Shown: positions 1 through 11,354, counted from the whole stretch's first letter. The stretch is 61,242 nt of DNA, filler included, from 4 parts of 4 records of this genome joined end to end with filler, not necessarily neighbours in it; one strand, 5' to 3'. Numbers and translations: made by a program. The notes: a model not told the origin generated them from the sequence alone.

Positions 1-2397
1 AAAAAAGAAATTAAATCAATAAACATTAGAAGTATCGTAAAACAAAAGGAGGAAGTGGTTTCTAAATCGCAGATTAACGAGCTTTCAATAGTAAGTGTAA
101 GTGGTGAACGTTGGCATAATGTAAGCAAGTTATTTATGGATGATGAAGGTATAGTAGTTAAACTTAATGCTAATGCAATTATCAAGCAAGAAAAGAAAGA
201 TTACTTTTTGTTTACTCCTATGTTGGATTCAGCAATTAATGCGGGAATATATATAGTCGATGGACAATACTTGCCGTTTTCATTTGAAAAGGCACGATTC
301 TATAAAGAACTTCCAGACAAATATTACAGCTATTTGAAACAAAATACCTCTGCTGAATCTGAAAATCAATTTGCTTCCTTTGATATTGTATTATGTACTT
401 TAGCAGGAGAAGTGATAGGAGAACTTGAGAATTATGTAATACGGAAAGTTAATAACCCAGGCGATTTCATGACGGGACTTAATAGCCACAGAAATATTTT
501 TTCCAAAATAGAATGGATTGAACATGAAATGGTGAAGTCAAAGAGAATAGATAGAATTATAGAAAACGAGACAATTGTTGTAATAAAAGAAAATGGTGAG
601 CAATTAGGTTTTGCTGATAACTTTAAAAAATACAATTTAGTGCATGTTGAGTTATCTAATGCATATGAGAAAATATCTAGCAACAAGTATAAAATAAGAA
701 ACAGCGAAAGCGACTTTGAAAGAGCTATGAAGGAGATAAAAGAGCTTCGTCCAAGTATAATTCTGCAGTGCTCAGCATTTGGCCGGACTGAAATTGCTAC
801 CCTCGATGACATAGTTCAAGCAACTGATATAGTGCTGCAAAGTACGTTTAACCTAGTAAAGGCTATGATAAAAGCTGACTATAGAGATAACATCAGACTG
901 ATACTTCTAACGCTTAACGGAACATCTGTAGATGGTAATGAAGAAGGTATTAATCCTATGCATAATTCTTTGATAGGCATGGGAGCGTGTATAGAGTCTG
1001 AATATACCAATTTTCAGACAAAAGCTATCGATTTGGACAACAAAGAAATTGCTGAAATACTACAAAAGGAACTGCTATATGATGAAGAAATGTACTGTGT
1101 TGCATATCGCAGAAACATTAGATATACAAATAAACTTACGAAGGTTAAATACTCTGAAAAAACTAATCAACTAAAGCTGGATCTAAGCTCTAAAGGAGTT
1201 TACGTAATCGCAGGTGGTCTTGGAGGTATGGGGATTTCGTTCGCTAGCCATTTAGCGAAAATTAATCCTGATTGCAACATTGTATTAATTAACAGAACCT
1301 ACTCTCAAAAGGAATTTAGAGCACTTGAAAAGGGTAGTAATGAAAGGCTGAACAAAAAGATTGAAGCCTTGCAAAATATGTGGGAAAAGGGATACAGTAT
1401 CGAAATTGTTAAATCAGACATTACGGATAGGAATAAAATTCAAAAAGCATTTGATGAATTAGCTGACAAGTATCAAGTAATAAAGGGCATAGTAAATGCA
1501 GCTGGGATTGCAGGAGATGGCTTTATTTTTAATAAGGAATGGAGAACTTTCAAGAACGTACTTGCACCAAAAGTGCAAGGCACTTGGAACCTTCATGAAC
1601 TTACAGATAATATGGAATTAGATTTTTTTGTTGTTTGCTCCTCCATAATTTCAATATTTGGAGCACCAGGACAAAGTGACTACACGGCGGCTAATGCTTT
1701 TCTGGATTGTTTCAGCAGTTACAGGAGAAAAGAGGGCAAGAAGAGTTTGACGATAAACTGGACAGGATGGAGCGAGTCGGGTATGGCAGCTGATCATAAT
1801 ATTTCAGGAGAAGACAGCTTTACTAAATTTGTTAGTGATAAAGATGGAGCGGCTGCTTTTGAATATGCTATAAAGAGTGATTTAGATAGATTGACCATTG
1901 GAAAATTTGATGAACATATAATCAGGAAAGAGTTGAGTAAATTCGAAAGCAAAGCAAAGCTTTTTGATGAAATTGTCAATGTGCATGCAGAAGAGGCAAA
2001 GAAAATGAAAGATTGTAACGAAATTAGCGATATTACCATTTATGGCATTTCAGAAGATAAATTAACCGACATACATAAATATGTTATTAATGCATGGGCA
2101 GAAACATTGAATACAAATGAAGTGGATGTTTATGAAAAGTTTTTTGTAGCTGGAGGGAACTCGCTACTAGCTGTTAATCTGCAAAAAAATATTAACTTAA
2201 GATATCCAGACATTATCACTGTTACAGATGTATTTACGTACTCTACAGTATTAGAATTATCTGATTATATTAAATCTAAGGTAGAGACAAAAGAAAACAA
2301 CAAAGGCAATGATTATGCAGAAAAAGATGTAGATAAACTTATGGAACAGTTTGCAAATAGCGAAATCAGCATTGAGTCATTATTTGATAAATTGTGA
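1..2397 (+). CDS. PKS module, 5'-truncated (C-terminal DH half - KR - ACP - docking helix), probably trans-AT type
   Basis: Frame 1 is open from base 1. DH Asp motif TPMLDSAI; KR motifs AGGLGGMG, NAAGIAGDG, GAPGQSDYTAAN; ACP motif AGGNSLL. Paralogous to 6435-11249. Confidence 0.9.
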   Translation, partial: KKEIKSINIRSIVKQKEEVVSKSQINELSIVSVSGERWHNVSKLFMDDEGIVVKLNANAIIKQEKKDYFLFTPMLDSAINAGIYIVDGQYLPFSFEKARFYKELPDKYYSYLKQNTSAESENQFASFDIVLCTLAGEVIGELENYVIRKVNNPGDFMTGLNSHRNIFSKIEWIEHEMVKSKRIDRIIENETIVVIKENGEQLGFADNFKKYNLVHVELSNAYEKISSNKYKIRNSESDFERAMKEIKELRPSIILQCSAFGRTEIATLDDIVQATDIVLQSTFNLVKAMIKADYRDNIRLILLTLNGTSVDGNEEGINPMHNSLIGMGACIESEYTNFQTKAIDLDNKEIAEILQKELLYDEEMYCVAYRRNIRYTNKLTKVKYSEKTNQLKLDLSSKGVYVIAGGLGGMGISFASHLAKINPDCNIVLINRTYSQKEFRALEKGSNERLNKKIEALQNMWEKGYSIEIVKSDITDRNKIQKAFDELADKYQVIKGIVNAAGIAGDGFIFNKEWRTFKNVLAPKVQGTWNLHELTDNMELDFFVVCSSIISIFGAPGQSDYTAANAFLDCFSSYRRKEGKKSLTINWTGWSESGMAADHNISGEDSFTKFVSDKDGAAAFEYAIKSDLDRLTIGKFDEHIIRKELSKFESKAKLFDEIVNVHAEEAKKMKDCNEISDITIYGISEDKLTDIHKYVINAWAETLNTNEVDVYEKFFVAGGNSLLAVNLQKNINLRYPDIITVTDVFTYSTVLELSDYIKSKVETKENNKGNDYAEKDVDKLMEQFANSEISIESLFDKL

Positions 2398-2450
2398 TAG
2401 TATGCACACGATGCATAACGAAATTGAATAGATAAGTTAAGGAGATATAG

Positions 2451-3160
2451 ATGAAAAAAATAAAATTATTTTGCGTTCCATATTCAGGTGGCTCGGCCAC
2501 GGTATATTATAAATGGAAAAAAGAATTAGATCAAAAGATTGAGATATGCCCAATTGAATTAGCAGGAAGAGGAAGACGTATCAATGAAAAGCCTTTTGAT
2601 TGTGTGAACAATTCGGCAGATGATATTGCAGAGCAGATTGCAGAGCAGATTAGCGACGAGTCGAACTATGCTATTTGGGGACACAGCTTAGGTTCTGTAT
2701 TAGCGCTTGAAGCTGGGCTTAAGTTAATTAAAAAAGGGTTACATCCTCCATGCCATATGTTTTTTCTGGCAGAAGGGCACCACAGGATGTCTTAAAGACA
2801 TCATATTATAAATTGCCAGATAAGGAATTTTTAATGGCTGTGATGAAATATGGTGAAAATAGTGGAATACTTTTGGAAAACAAAGAACTAAGAGAGCTGT
2901 TTTTGCCTATACTTAGAGCAGATTTTAAAATGGGTGAAACATATAATGGATCGAATTCAAATGAGTTGATTAAATGTAATATAACCATAGTAAATGGCAG
3001 TGAAGATAGTAGCGTTATGAACGCTGATATGCATGATTGGCAAGGATGTACTGAAAAAGAATGCGATGTTTATCTAATGCAAGGAGGTCACTTTTTCCTG
3101 TTTGATAATTCTAAGCCTGTTATTGAACTTATAAACAATAAGCTAGCTGATTACTGCTAG
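2451..3160 (+). CDS. Type II (editing) thioesterase; one frameshift at the T6 run 2760-2765
   Basis: LFCVPYSGGSA, GHSLG, LPILRADF and GGHFF motifs. The two ORFs join as MFFSGRRAP if one T is restored (~236 aa). Confidence 0.88.
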
Positions 3161-3297
3161 ATTGATACAAACTGCTGTAATAATCAATAGTATAGTAGGT
3201 ATAATGACTACTAAAATGAATATAATATAGATAATTCGTTATATATTGTTATGTTTTACATTAGGCAGTGTCACAATAATGAAAGGAGTGATAGACG

Positions 3298-4347
3298 ATG
3301 CATAAGATTACGGTTTTATTTCCTATGTGTGGTAGCGAATATATAGGTATGGGAAAGTCTTTATATGATAATTATATAGAGGTTAAAAAGATATATGAAG
3401 AGGCCAACGATATATTAGGTTTTGATTTAGGTAACTTAATTTTTTATGGAAATATGAAAGAAATACAAAGACCTGAAATTCTCTACCCCGCAATACTTAC
3501 AACAAGCTACGTGTTTTATACAATATATAGTAATGTCTTTGGTTTGAGACCTACATATATGTCAGGACACGGAATAGGGCAAATAAGTGCTCTTACATGT
3601 GCAGGAGTGTATAAGTTTTCAGATTCAGTTATGATAGCGAAGAAAAGAGGTGAAATGGCGGCAGACTTAGGTGAATCTAGTTTAAGAAAAGATGGTGAAT
3701 TGAAAAGAAATCTGAAAGCTGTAAATAACTTTAAAAAATATGTAGACGGCGTTCAAAATAGTTTATCCAATACACAAATCAAAGTAATATCTCATATAAG
3801 CGGCGAAGCGATTGACGAAAGTGACAACTTTGCTGAGGATTTTGTAAAGAGTTTATTTAAAGCACCTCAGTGGGATATGGTGTGTGAAAGCGTAATGCGT
3901 GATGGAATATACGATTACATTGAGATTTATCCATCAAAAACAATTGGAGATACTATTAGAAAAATAGACGACAGAAACAAGGTAAGAAGCCTAGACTATT
4001 CAGAAGATGAGTATTATTGCTTGAGTGTATTCCAGCGCAATAAAATATACAATATTAAATACCTACTAGGAAGGATGTTAGGAGTAGCTGTAAGTGTTGA
4101 AAACAAAAATTTTGACGATGAAGCTTATAAAGAAGGTGTCCTTAATCCATACAAAAAGATTAAGAAAATATATGATGAATATACGGATGACAAAGAAATG
4201 CACGATGGTAAATATCTAGAGGACTCAACGAAAAATCTTATTCAAATAATGGAAACCAAGGGCGCTGATAAAAGTGAAATAATCAGCCGAATAAAAAAAT
4301 TAGAGCAAGAAACATTGATTGATTTACGTAAATATATTATATCATAA
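3298..4347 (+). CDS. Stand-alone malonyl-CoA:ACP transacylase-like protein (FenF/ItuD-like C-terminal extension), catalytic Ser replaced by Gly
   Basis: LFPMCGSEYIGMG (canonical FPGQGSQ.GMG); GHGIGQ in place of GHSxG; conserved Arg retained (KKRG); small subdomain and AFHS motif absent. Confidence 0.8.
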   Translation: MHKITVLFPMCGSEYIGMGKSLYDNYIEVKKIYEEANDILGFDLGNLIFYGNMKEIQRPEILYPAILTTSYVFYTIYSNVFGLRPTYMSGHGIGQISALTCAGVYKFSDSVMIAKKRGEMAADLGESSLRKDGELKRNLKAVNNFKKYVDGVQNSLSNTQIKVISHISGEAIDESDNFAEDFVKSLFKAPQWDMVCESVMRDGIYDYIEIYPSKTIGDTIRKIDDRNKVRSLDYSEDEYYCLSVFQRNKIYNIKYLLGRMLGVAVSVENKNFDDEAYKEGVLNPYKKIKKIYDEYTDDKEMHDGKYLEDSTKNLIQIMETKGADKSEIISRIKKLEQETLIDLRKYIIS

Positions 4348-4440
4348 ATACTAAATTTTGCTAACTCAACATTTTGCCTATGTTATGAATGCAAAGGCAA
4401 AAAGTATAACACAAAAGAAATATATTTTAATGGGGAAAAA

Positions 4441-6313
4441 ATGTACGAAAATATAATTAAAAAAATATCAAAAATGTATAAAGAAGGCGATTTAACTAAA
4501 GAGAAAGCTGCAGAGCTGCTAAAAACAATGGACGTAGATGATATTGATATTGCAGTAATAGGTATGGGATGTAAAAATTCGGTATCGGATGACTACAATA
4601 ACATATGGGAAACAGCAAAAAATAAAAAAAGCATTATAAAAAGCTGTCCGCAGGGACGAATTGATTTAGTAAAGAGGTATGTTGGGGAAAATGGCGAATC
4701 TGATGAAATGTATCATCATGGAGCGATATTATCAGATTATGGCGATTTTGACTACGAATTATTTGGCTTCACAAAAGAAGAAGCTTCATTAATGGAACCT
4801 ATGCAAAGGACGATGTTAAAAGCGTCATATAGAGCAATCGAGGATGCCGGATACTTTGCAGAACGCGAAAAGGAAGACCAAACAGGTGTATATATTGGTG
4901 CTAACTTTTCTTTAAATCAATATGTAAGCTATTTAAAGCTGACAGGGGATAGGGGATTCGAAACTATTATGCTGAATTGGACAAATGGGGCGGCGACACG
5001 TATTTCTAATATATTTGATTTTAGGGGAGTCTCAACTGTAATAGAAAATAGTTGTGTAGCTGCAATCGTTGCAATATATGAAGCATGTAATCTATTGAAA
5101 TTAGGTAAAATTAAAACAGCTCTTGTTGGAGGGATAAGCTCTGCACTGTTACCAGATAAGCGAATAAGCATCAACAAAGTTTTTGCACATGATGGTGATG
5201 TAGTATCCAGACCGTATGATCAGAATCCAGGAGGCAATTACTTAGGAGAAGGTGCTGCGGCTTTATTTCTTAAACCTTTAAAGGATGCAGTTAGAGACCG
5301 CGATAGAATTCATGGTGTAATTAAAGGTTGTCATATCAATAATAATGGTTCGCTGGCCAATTTTACACAGAGCAATGCTGAGATTATTGCCGAGGTAATA
5401 AAGGGTGCTTGTACATCGGCAAAAATATCACCAGAGGATATTGGATATGTAGAAGGTGAAGGATACTGCGAGAATCTTGAACAAGCCTTAGAAGTGACTG
5501 GATTGACCAAAGGATTTAAAAAATATACTAATAAAAAGCAATACTGCGCTTTAGGAGCATTTAGTGCAAATATTGGTTATACAGAAGTTGCTGTAGGCAT
5601 ATTCAACTCAATTGCATGTTTAATGGCAATAAAAAATAAGCAGATTCCGCCAGTGTATGGTTTTGAAATACCTTCAGAAATATATGATTTATGTGACAGT
5701 CCATTTTATATCAATGATAGTATAAAAGACTGGAGAGTGGAAGATGGTAAAAAAGAAATGCAGCACTTTTCTCTCAAGGATTTGGCGGTGGCAATGGATT
5801 TCTAATACTACAAGAAGCTCCGGAACGTAATTTTTCAATTCACAAAAAAAGAGATAAGTATATATTGGCTTTGTCAGCACATACAAAAAATTCGTTTGAT
5901 AAGCAGGCAGAGCAATATATACACTTCCTAGAAGATGATAGTAATGATGCTGATTTGGGAGATATATGCTATACATTGTGTGTGCGCAGACCTCACTACT
6001 CACCGTATAGAATGATAGTTGTTGGAGAATCGAAAGAGGATATTGTGATGAAATTAAAAAACTGGTTTGTTAGCAGATCACCTAATGAATCTGTGTATAT
6101 GAATAGTAGCAAACTTAAGAGTCCGGGGCAGGTATCAAAACACATGGAGCAGATAAAAAAGCAGCAGCTAGCAAAGATTATAAAGTGCTGGCAGATTACT
6201 ATATCAATGGGTACAGTATTAAATTTAGCGATATATATAGTTCGTCTGAAGGGTTTAATCTAGTTGATTTGCCTAATTACAAATTTACAGATTCACTGTG
6301 CTGGGTAAAGTAA
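4441..6313 (+). CDS. Stand-alone non-elongating ketosynthase-like protein (docking domain - KS - flanking subdomain); frameshifts at A6 runs 5749-5754 and 6155-6160
   Basis: DIAVIGMGC, MEPMQR, ENSCVAA (Cys kept), VEGEGYC and NIGYTE (both His lost). Restoring one A at each run gives RNAALFSQGFGGGNGFLILQEAP and the post-AT linker DLPNYKFTDSLCWVK-stop at 6311-6313 (~624 aa). Confidence 0.82.
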
Positions 6314-6434
6314 CAGTGGTGAAAATTGAAAGTGCTAATCAACTATATTCAATAGTGTGATTTACTTATTTAATTGACGTGTAGCAAAACTAATATTTGT
6401 TTTGCATTACCATAATTGGTTAAAGGGGATTTTT

Positions 6435-9400
6435 ATGAACAAAATAGAGAAGTATATTCAAACACAGTTAAAAGAACAATTGCTATCGCCATCTAAAGCA
6501 ATGGAGTTATTAAAAGAGATTAAGGATGGCATGCGAGGCAATAAGGACGTAGCAATAATAGGCGCAGCATGCAGGCTTCCCATGAGTGAAGATACTGACG
6601 AATTTTGGGATAATATTATCAATGGAAGAAATTGCTTTGTTACCAAACCGCCTGAAAAACTTTTAGTCGAGGAATTATTTAAAAATCCGTATTATGCTGA
6701 TTTATTTGAACGTAGACATTGGGAAAAAGGCGATGAAAATGTTGAAAAATATGTTGGTGGGTTTATAAAGGATTTCGACAAATTTGACTATAATTTTTTT
6801 AATATACCTCCCAGAGAAGCAAAGTATATTGCTCCGCAGCAGCGTGTGTTTATGGAAACTGCATGGTCTGCTGTCGAGGATGCTGGATATAGCACTGATA
6901 ATTTTAAGGATACATCTACTGGAGTATTTGTGGGAAGAGATGGAACAAACGCTGATACATATGTATATCATACAGCCTATGATGCTCTAAGCGTTAGTGG
7001 AAACTGGACAGGCTTTTTAGCAAGCCGAATAAACTATTATTTTAATTTAAAAGGACCTTCACTTGTTGTTGATACAGCTTGTTCTTCTGGATTAGTAGCA
7101 TTACATGAGGCGTGCAAAGCACTAAACAATGATGAATGTAAAATGGCAATTGCTGGCGGAATTTCAATTGGTGCAGGTGGTGTTGACCAAGAAGCAAACG
7201 AAGATACAGTTAATGAAGGGGTAACTGCAATCATCTCAAATGATAATACTGTTCGGACGTTTGACAGAAAGAGCACAGGAACGGTATTCAGCGAAGGATC
7301 TATAGCCTTTCTACTGAAACCTTTGCAAAAAGCAATAAAAGATAATGACAATATATATGCAATTATCAAAGGAAGTTCAGCCAATAGTGATGGTGCGTCA
7401 AACGGGCTGACTGCACCTAATCCACAGGCTCAGGAAGCAGTAGTAATCGATGCATGGAATCGCGCGAATATTAATCCGGCGGATATTTCCTTTATTGAAA
7501 CTCACGGTACAGGTACTTTACTTGGTGATCCTATAGAGATAACAGGCTTAAAGAACGCATTTGAGAGATATACAATGAATAAGCAATTTTGCGGCGTCGG
7601 TTCGGTTAAGACGAATATCGGACATACTGTAGGTGCTTCAGGAGCAGCAAACGTATTAAAGGTAATTCTTGCTATGAAGAACGAGGTTATGCCAGCTACC
7701 TTGAACTTTACTGAGCCTAATCCGCATATTGATTTTGTTAACTCTCCTGTGTATGTAGTGGACAAGCCAGTTGAGTGGAAAACAGGGGACAAAAAAAGAA
7801 TTGCAGGCGTAAGTTCCTGGGGATTTACAGGCACTAATTGTCACATGGTTATTGAACAGCCGCCATTGATATCAAACAGAAAACAGTATAGTATACCGCG
7901 AATTTTTACAATCTCTGCTGTAACAGAAACTGCAATGAAAAACTTTATCAAGAAGTACTATGAGTTCTTTATTAAAAAGGATGAAATGAATATGGATGAT
8001 ATTAGTTTTACAGCAAGTACAGGACGCGGACATTATGCATATAGAGCTGCTATTTTGGCTTATGATTTCTCTGATTTAAAAAAGAAAATTGAGATACTAT
8101 ACAATACTGGATTGAACAGCAATGAATGCAATGATATTTACTTTGGTATGCACAAAGTAGTATCAAGTAGAAGAAAGCAAATACCAGAGGGATATATTAC
8201 AGAAGAAAACCTTGAAAAGATTACATCTGAAGCTGATGACATAGTAAAGCCGATAAAAGATTCACAATCTTACAGCAAAAATGATATAACGAAACTGAAG
8301 AGGTTATGCTATTTATACATTCAAGGAGCTAATATCCAATGGAATCAGTTTTATACAAACATTGGTGCCAGGCGTATATCTATTCCTACATATCCATTTG
8401 ACAGAATATCTGTATGGGGTGAAAAGCGAAATATTGGATTAAAAGATACAGAAGATTATGATAGTGAAACGATGTCGCATGAAATTATTGAAAGATGCAT
8501 TGTAGAATCTCAGAATGTTACAATTTACAAACTGAAATTTGATTTGCGTACACAATGGCCACTACAAGAGCATGTTATTTTAGGGCAGAATATTGTTTCT
8601 GGTACTACGCTTGTTGATATATTGAAGGAAGCATTTAACAACTATTATAAGACACATAATATTATGTTCAAGAACATTTATTTCAAAGCCCCTTTGAGAG
8701 TTAGTCAGGATGCACCTGAAGCAGAAGCGCTTCTTGAGATTACAAAAGAATCAGGCTCAGATAAATTTATAATTTCCAGTAAGATATCAGTAGATGGTGA
8801 AGAACAATGGCTAGAGCATGTGAGTGGAAATGCATGTATACACACAGATAATGCTGATAATACAAGAAGCATTCAGGAAATATTAGATTCTGAAAATACA
8901 GAAGAGTTTGCATCATATGATGTTTCATCGTTTGGCGAGCGCTGGAATTGTGTTGACATTAACTTGCTTGAACAAACTGAAAATAATGAGACTTACTATA
9001 CTTTTGTTAGTTTGCCTGACAAATATGAGGGTGATTTAGAAAAATACAGCTATCATCCAGGTATGCTTGATGATGCTGTAAATATGGTAATATTTCAAGT
9101 GCATACAGGCATAGATGTATATATTCCGTTCACTTATGTAAATATGAAAATATATGCAAATCTTACTAAACGTTTTTATAGTAAAATTTCTAATGTTAAC
9201 ACAAGCAATAATAGTGAAGTTATAGCTTTCAGCGTTTGCTTAGCTGACGAAGATGGTAGGATTTTGGCGGAAATTGAGGAATGCACAGTAAAGAAAGTGA
9301 ATAAATTCAACGAATATATATCCAGCAACTACTATGCTATGGAGTGGAAAGAAACAGCTTTGGAAGAAGCAGAAGAGGAATGCATTGAAGGGAACGTAAT

Positions 9401-11249
9401 AGTCTTTGCAGATCAAAGTGGTATTGCAGATGCTTTGATTAAGAAAATTGATAATGACGGAAATACAATATATACAGTGAATTTTGCAGATAGCTATAAA
9501 AAAACAGATGAAAATCACTATCAAATATCAGGCATATATGAAGACTACGAAAAATTAATAAATGAAATCGATAAAGAGCAAATATCTAAAGTATATTGCC
9601 TCTCTGCAGTGGATTTTGAGAAAAAATATTATGAAGCAGATGAATACTCTACAGAATGCAATAAAAGTATTTACAGCTTAGTGTATCTTGTTAAGGTCTT
9701 TTCAAATAACATCAAAGGAAAAGTCGATTTTGTTCTGGTGTCAGATTATTCCCATGATATTGCAGGAGATGAAGTGATAATTAAGCCATTAAATACAGCG
9801 TACTTGAGCATGGCAAAATCATTGATTCATGAATGTCCTAGCTATACGTTCCGCTGCATTGATATAGATAAACATACCAATATAGATAATGTTGTTAGTG
9901 AGATAATAGCACAAAGAAGTGATATATTCAGGCTTGCTTTGAGAAATAACGTTGCATATACAGAGGAATTAGCAGAATTCAATACTAAAAATGCCGAGAA
10001 AAAAGAAGTGGCAGTCAAGCGTGATGGAGTTTATTTGATTACGGGCGGTACAGGCGGCTTAGGATTAGAGATTGCAAAGAATATCGGAGAATTTGGTGAT
10101 TGTAATATTTGCTTAATGGCAAGAAGTGCAGTGCCAGACAAACAATTATGGGATGATATTTTAGAGAATGGTACAAATAGAAAGCAATGTAATCTGATTA
10201 AATCACTAAGAGAACTTGAAGGCAAAGCAAATGTTGTGATTAAGAATGGAGATGTGAGTAACAGAGAGGATATGAAAAGAATTGGTGAAGAACTGAAAAA
10301 AGAGTACGATAAGATAATTGGCATAGTTCATTGTGCAGGTGTTGCAGGTGATGGGTTTTTATACAATAAATCTATTGAAATGTTTAATAATGTTATTAAC
10401 CCAAAGATCATGGGAACTGTGCTGCTGCATCAGATGATAAAAGATCAGGAAGTAGACTTCTTCATTAGCTTTTCATCTATGCAGACATTTTTGGGAGGAC
10501 CAGGACAGTCGGACTATACAGCAGCAAATTCATTTTTGGATACTTATTCGATATATTTACGCAATGATGGGATACCTGCACAAACAATTAATTGGCCGGG
10601 GTGGACTGAAACTGGAATGGCTGTAGATTACAATGTATCAGATGCAGTCACATTGTTTAATTCACTTAATATACAAACAGCAATTAATATTTTTAACTGG
10701 TTGATTAGGACGGATATTACAAATGTTGTTCCGGGTAAGCTTAACTATTCATTTATATCCAAAATCGGTATAGATAATCTTCCATTTAGTGTATCGGAAA
10801 ATTTAAAGAGATTAGTGAGCAAATATGAATCTAATAACTTTAATAGCGATGCAGATGGAAATAATGCACTTATAGACCCTAGTAATATTGTATTAATGGG
10901 CAAAAGCAAAGATGAATACACAGATACCGAGCGCACTATTGCATTGATATATGCTGGTGTATTAAACATTGCTGAGATTGATATTTATGAAAGCTTTAGT
11001 TCCTTAGGAGGTGATTCAATAATTTCAACCGAAGTATTTAAGCTTTTGAACAAGCAGTTTAGTAACATGCTAAGTATTTCTGATATTTTCTTATATCCAT
11101 CTGTTGAGGCAATAGCTGCACACATAGATTCATTACTTGTTGTGAATGAAGAAAAAGAGCAAATAGAGTCGTTTAGTGATGTTATAGATAGATTTGAAGC
11201 GGGTGAAGCAGATATTGACTCTATAGCTGATTATTTAAATGAAAATTAG
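6435..11249 (+). CDS. Trans-AT type I PKS single module KS-DH-KR-ACP
   Basis: KS triad DTACSS/ETHGTGT/NIGHT; no AT domain before IPTYPFDRISVW; DH EHVILGQNIVSG and HPGMLDD; KR GGTGGLG, AGVAGDG, GQSDYTAAN; ACP LGGDSI. ATG 6435 follows an AAGGGG SD. Confidence 0.93.
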   Translation: MNKIEKYIQTQLKEQLLSPSKAMELLKEIKDGMRGNKDVAIIGAACRLPMSEDTDEFWDNIINGRNCFVTKPPEKLLVEELFKNPYYADLFERRHWEKGDENVEKYVGGFIKDFDKFDYNFFNIPPREAKYIAPQQRVFMETAWSAVEDAGYSTDNFKDTSTGVFVGRDGTNADTYVYHTAYDALSVSGNWTGFLASRINYYFNLKGPSLVVDTACSSGLVALHEACKALNNDECKMAIAGGISIGAGGVDQEANEDTVNEGVTAIISNDNTVRTFDRKSTGTVFSEGSIAFLLKPLQKAIKDNDNIYAIIKGSSANSDGASNGLTAPNPQAQEAVVIDAWNRANINPADISFIETHGTGTLLGDPIEITGLKNAFERYTMNKQFCGVGSVKTNIGHTVGASGAANVLKVILAMKNEVMPATLNFTEPNPHIDFVNSPVYVVDKPVEWKTGDKKRIAGVSSWGFTGTNCHMVIEQPPLISNRKQYSIPRIFTISAVTETAMKNFIKKYYEFFIKKDEMNMDDISFTASTGRGHYAYRAAILAYDFSDLKKKIEILYNTGLNSNECNDIYFGMHKVVSSRRKQIPEGYITEENLEKITSEADDIVKPIKDSQSYSKNDITKLKRLCYLYIQGANIQWNQFYTNIGARRISIPTYPFDRISVWGEKRNIGLKDTEDYDSETMSHEIIERCIVESQNVTIYKLKFDLRTQWPLQEHVILGQNIVSGTTLVDILKEAFNNYYKTHNIMFKNIYFKAPLRVSQDAPEAEALLEITKESGSDKFIISSKISVDGEEQWLEHVSGNACIHTDNADNTRSIQEILDSENTEEFASYDVSSFGERWNCVDINLLEQTENNETYYTFVSLPDKYEGDLEKYSYHPGMLDDAVNMVIFQVHTGIDVYIPFTYVNMKIYANLTKRFYSKISNVNTSNNSEVIAFSVCLADEDGRILAEIEECTVKKVNKFNEYISSNYYAMEWKETALEEAEEECIEGNVIVFADQSGIADALIKKIDNDGNTIYTVNFADSYKKTDENHYQISGIYEDYEKLINEIDKEQISKVYCLSAVDFEKKYYEADEYSTECNKSIYSLVYLVKVFSNNIKGKVDFVLVSDYSHDIAGDEVIIKPLNTAYLSMAKSLIHECPSYTFRCIDIDKHTNIDNVVSEIIAQRSDIFRLALRNNVAYTEELAEFNTKNAEKKEVAVKRDGVYLITGGTGGLGLEIAKNIGEFGDCNICLMARSAVPDKQLWDDILENGTNRKQCNLIKSLRELEGKANVVIKNGDVSNREDMKRIGEELKKEYDKIIGIVHCAGVAGDGFLYNKSIEMFNNVINPKIMGTVLLHQMIKDQEVDFFISFSSMQTFLGGPGQSDYTAANSFLDTYSIYLRNDGIPAQTINWPGWTETGMAVDYNVSDAVTLFNSLNIQTAINIFNWLIRTDITNVVPGKLNYSFISKIGIDNLPFSVSENLKRLVSKYESNNFNSDADGNNALIDPSNIVLMGKSKDEYTDTERTIALIYAGVLNIAEIDIYESFSSLGGDSIISTEVFKLLNKQFSNMLSISDIFLYPSVEAIAAHIDSLLVVNEEKEQIESFSDVIDRFEAGEADIDSIADYLNEN

Positions 11250-11354
11250 TAGAGTGAAACTATAAACCAATTAGCGAGGTAAATAAGTAGATTATTAAAA
11301 AACTATAGAAAAGATATATCTACTATATAAATTAATAAATGAAAGGGAATTTCT

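Noticed and set aside
2451-6313. Pseudogene or programmed-frameshift interpretation of the split TE and KS genes
   Set aside because: Each break is a one-base shortfall in a homopolymer, and the same pattern hits housekeeping genes in other contigs. Sequencing error is the simpler explanation.
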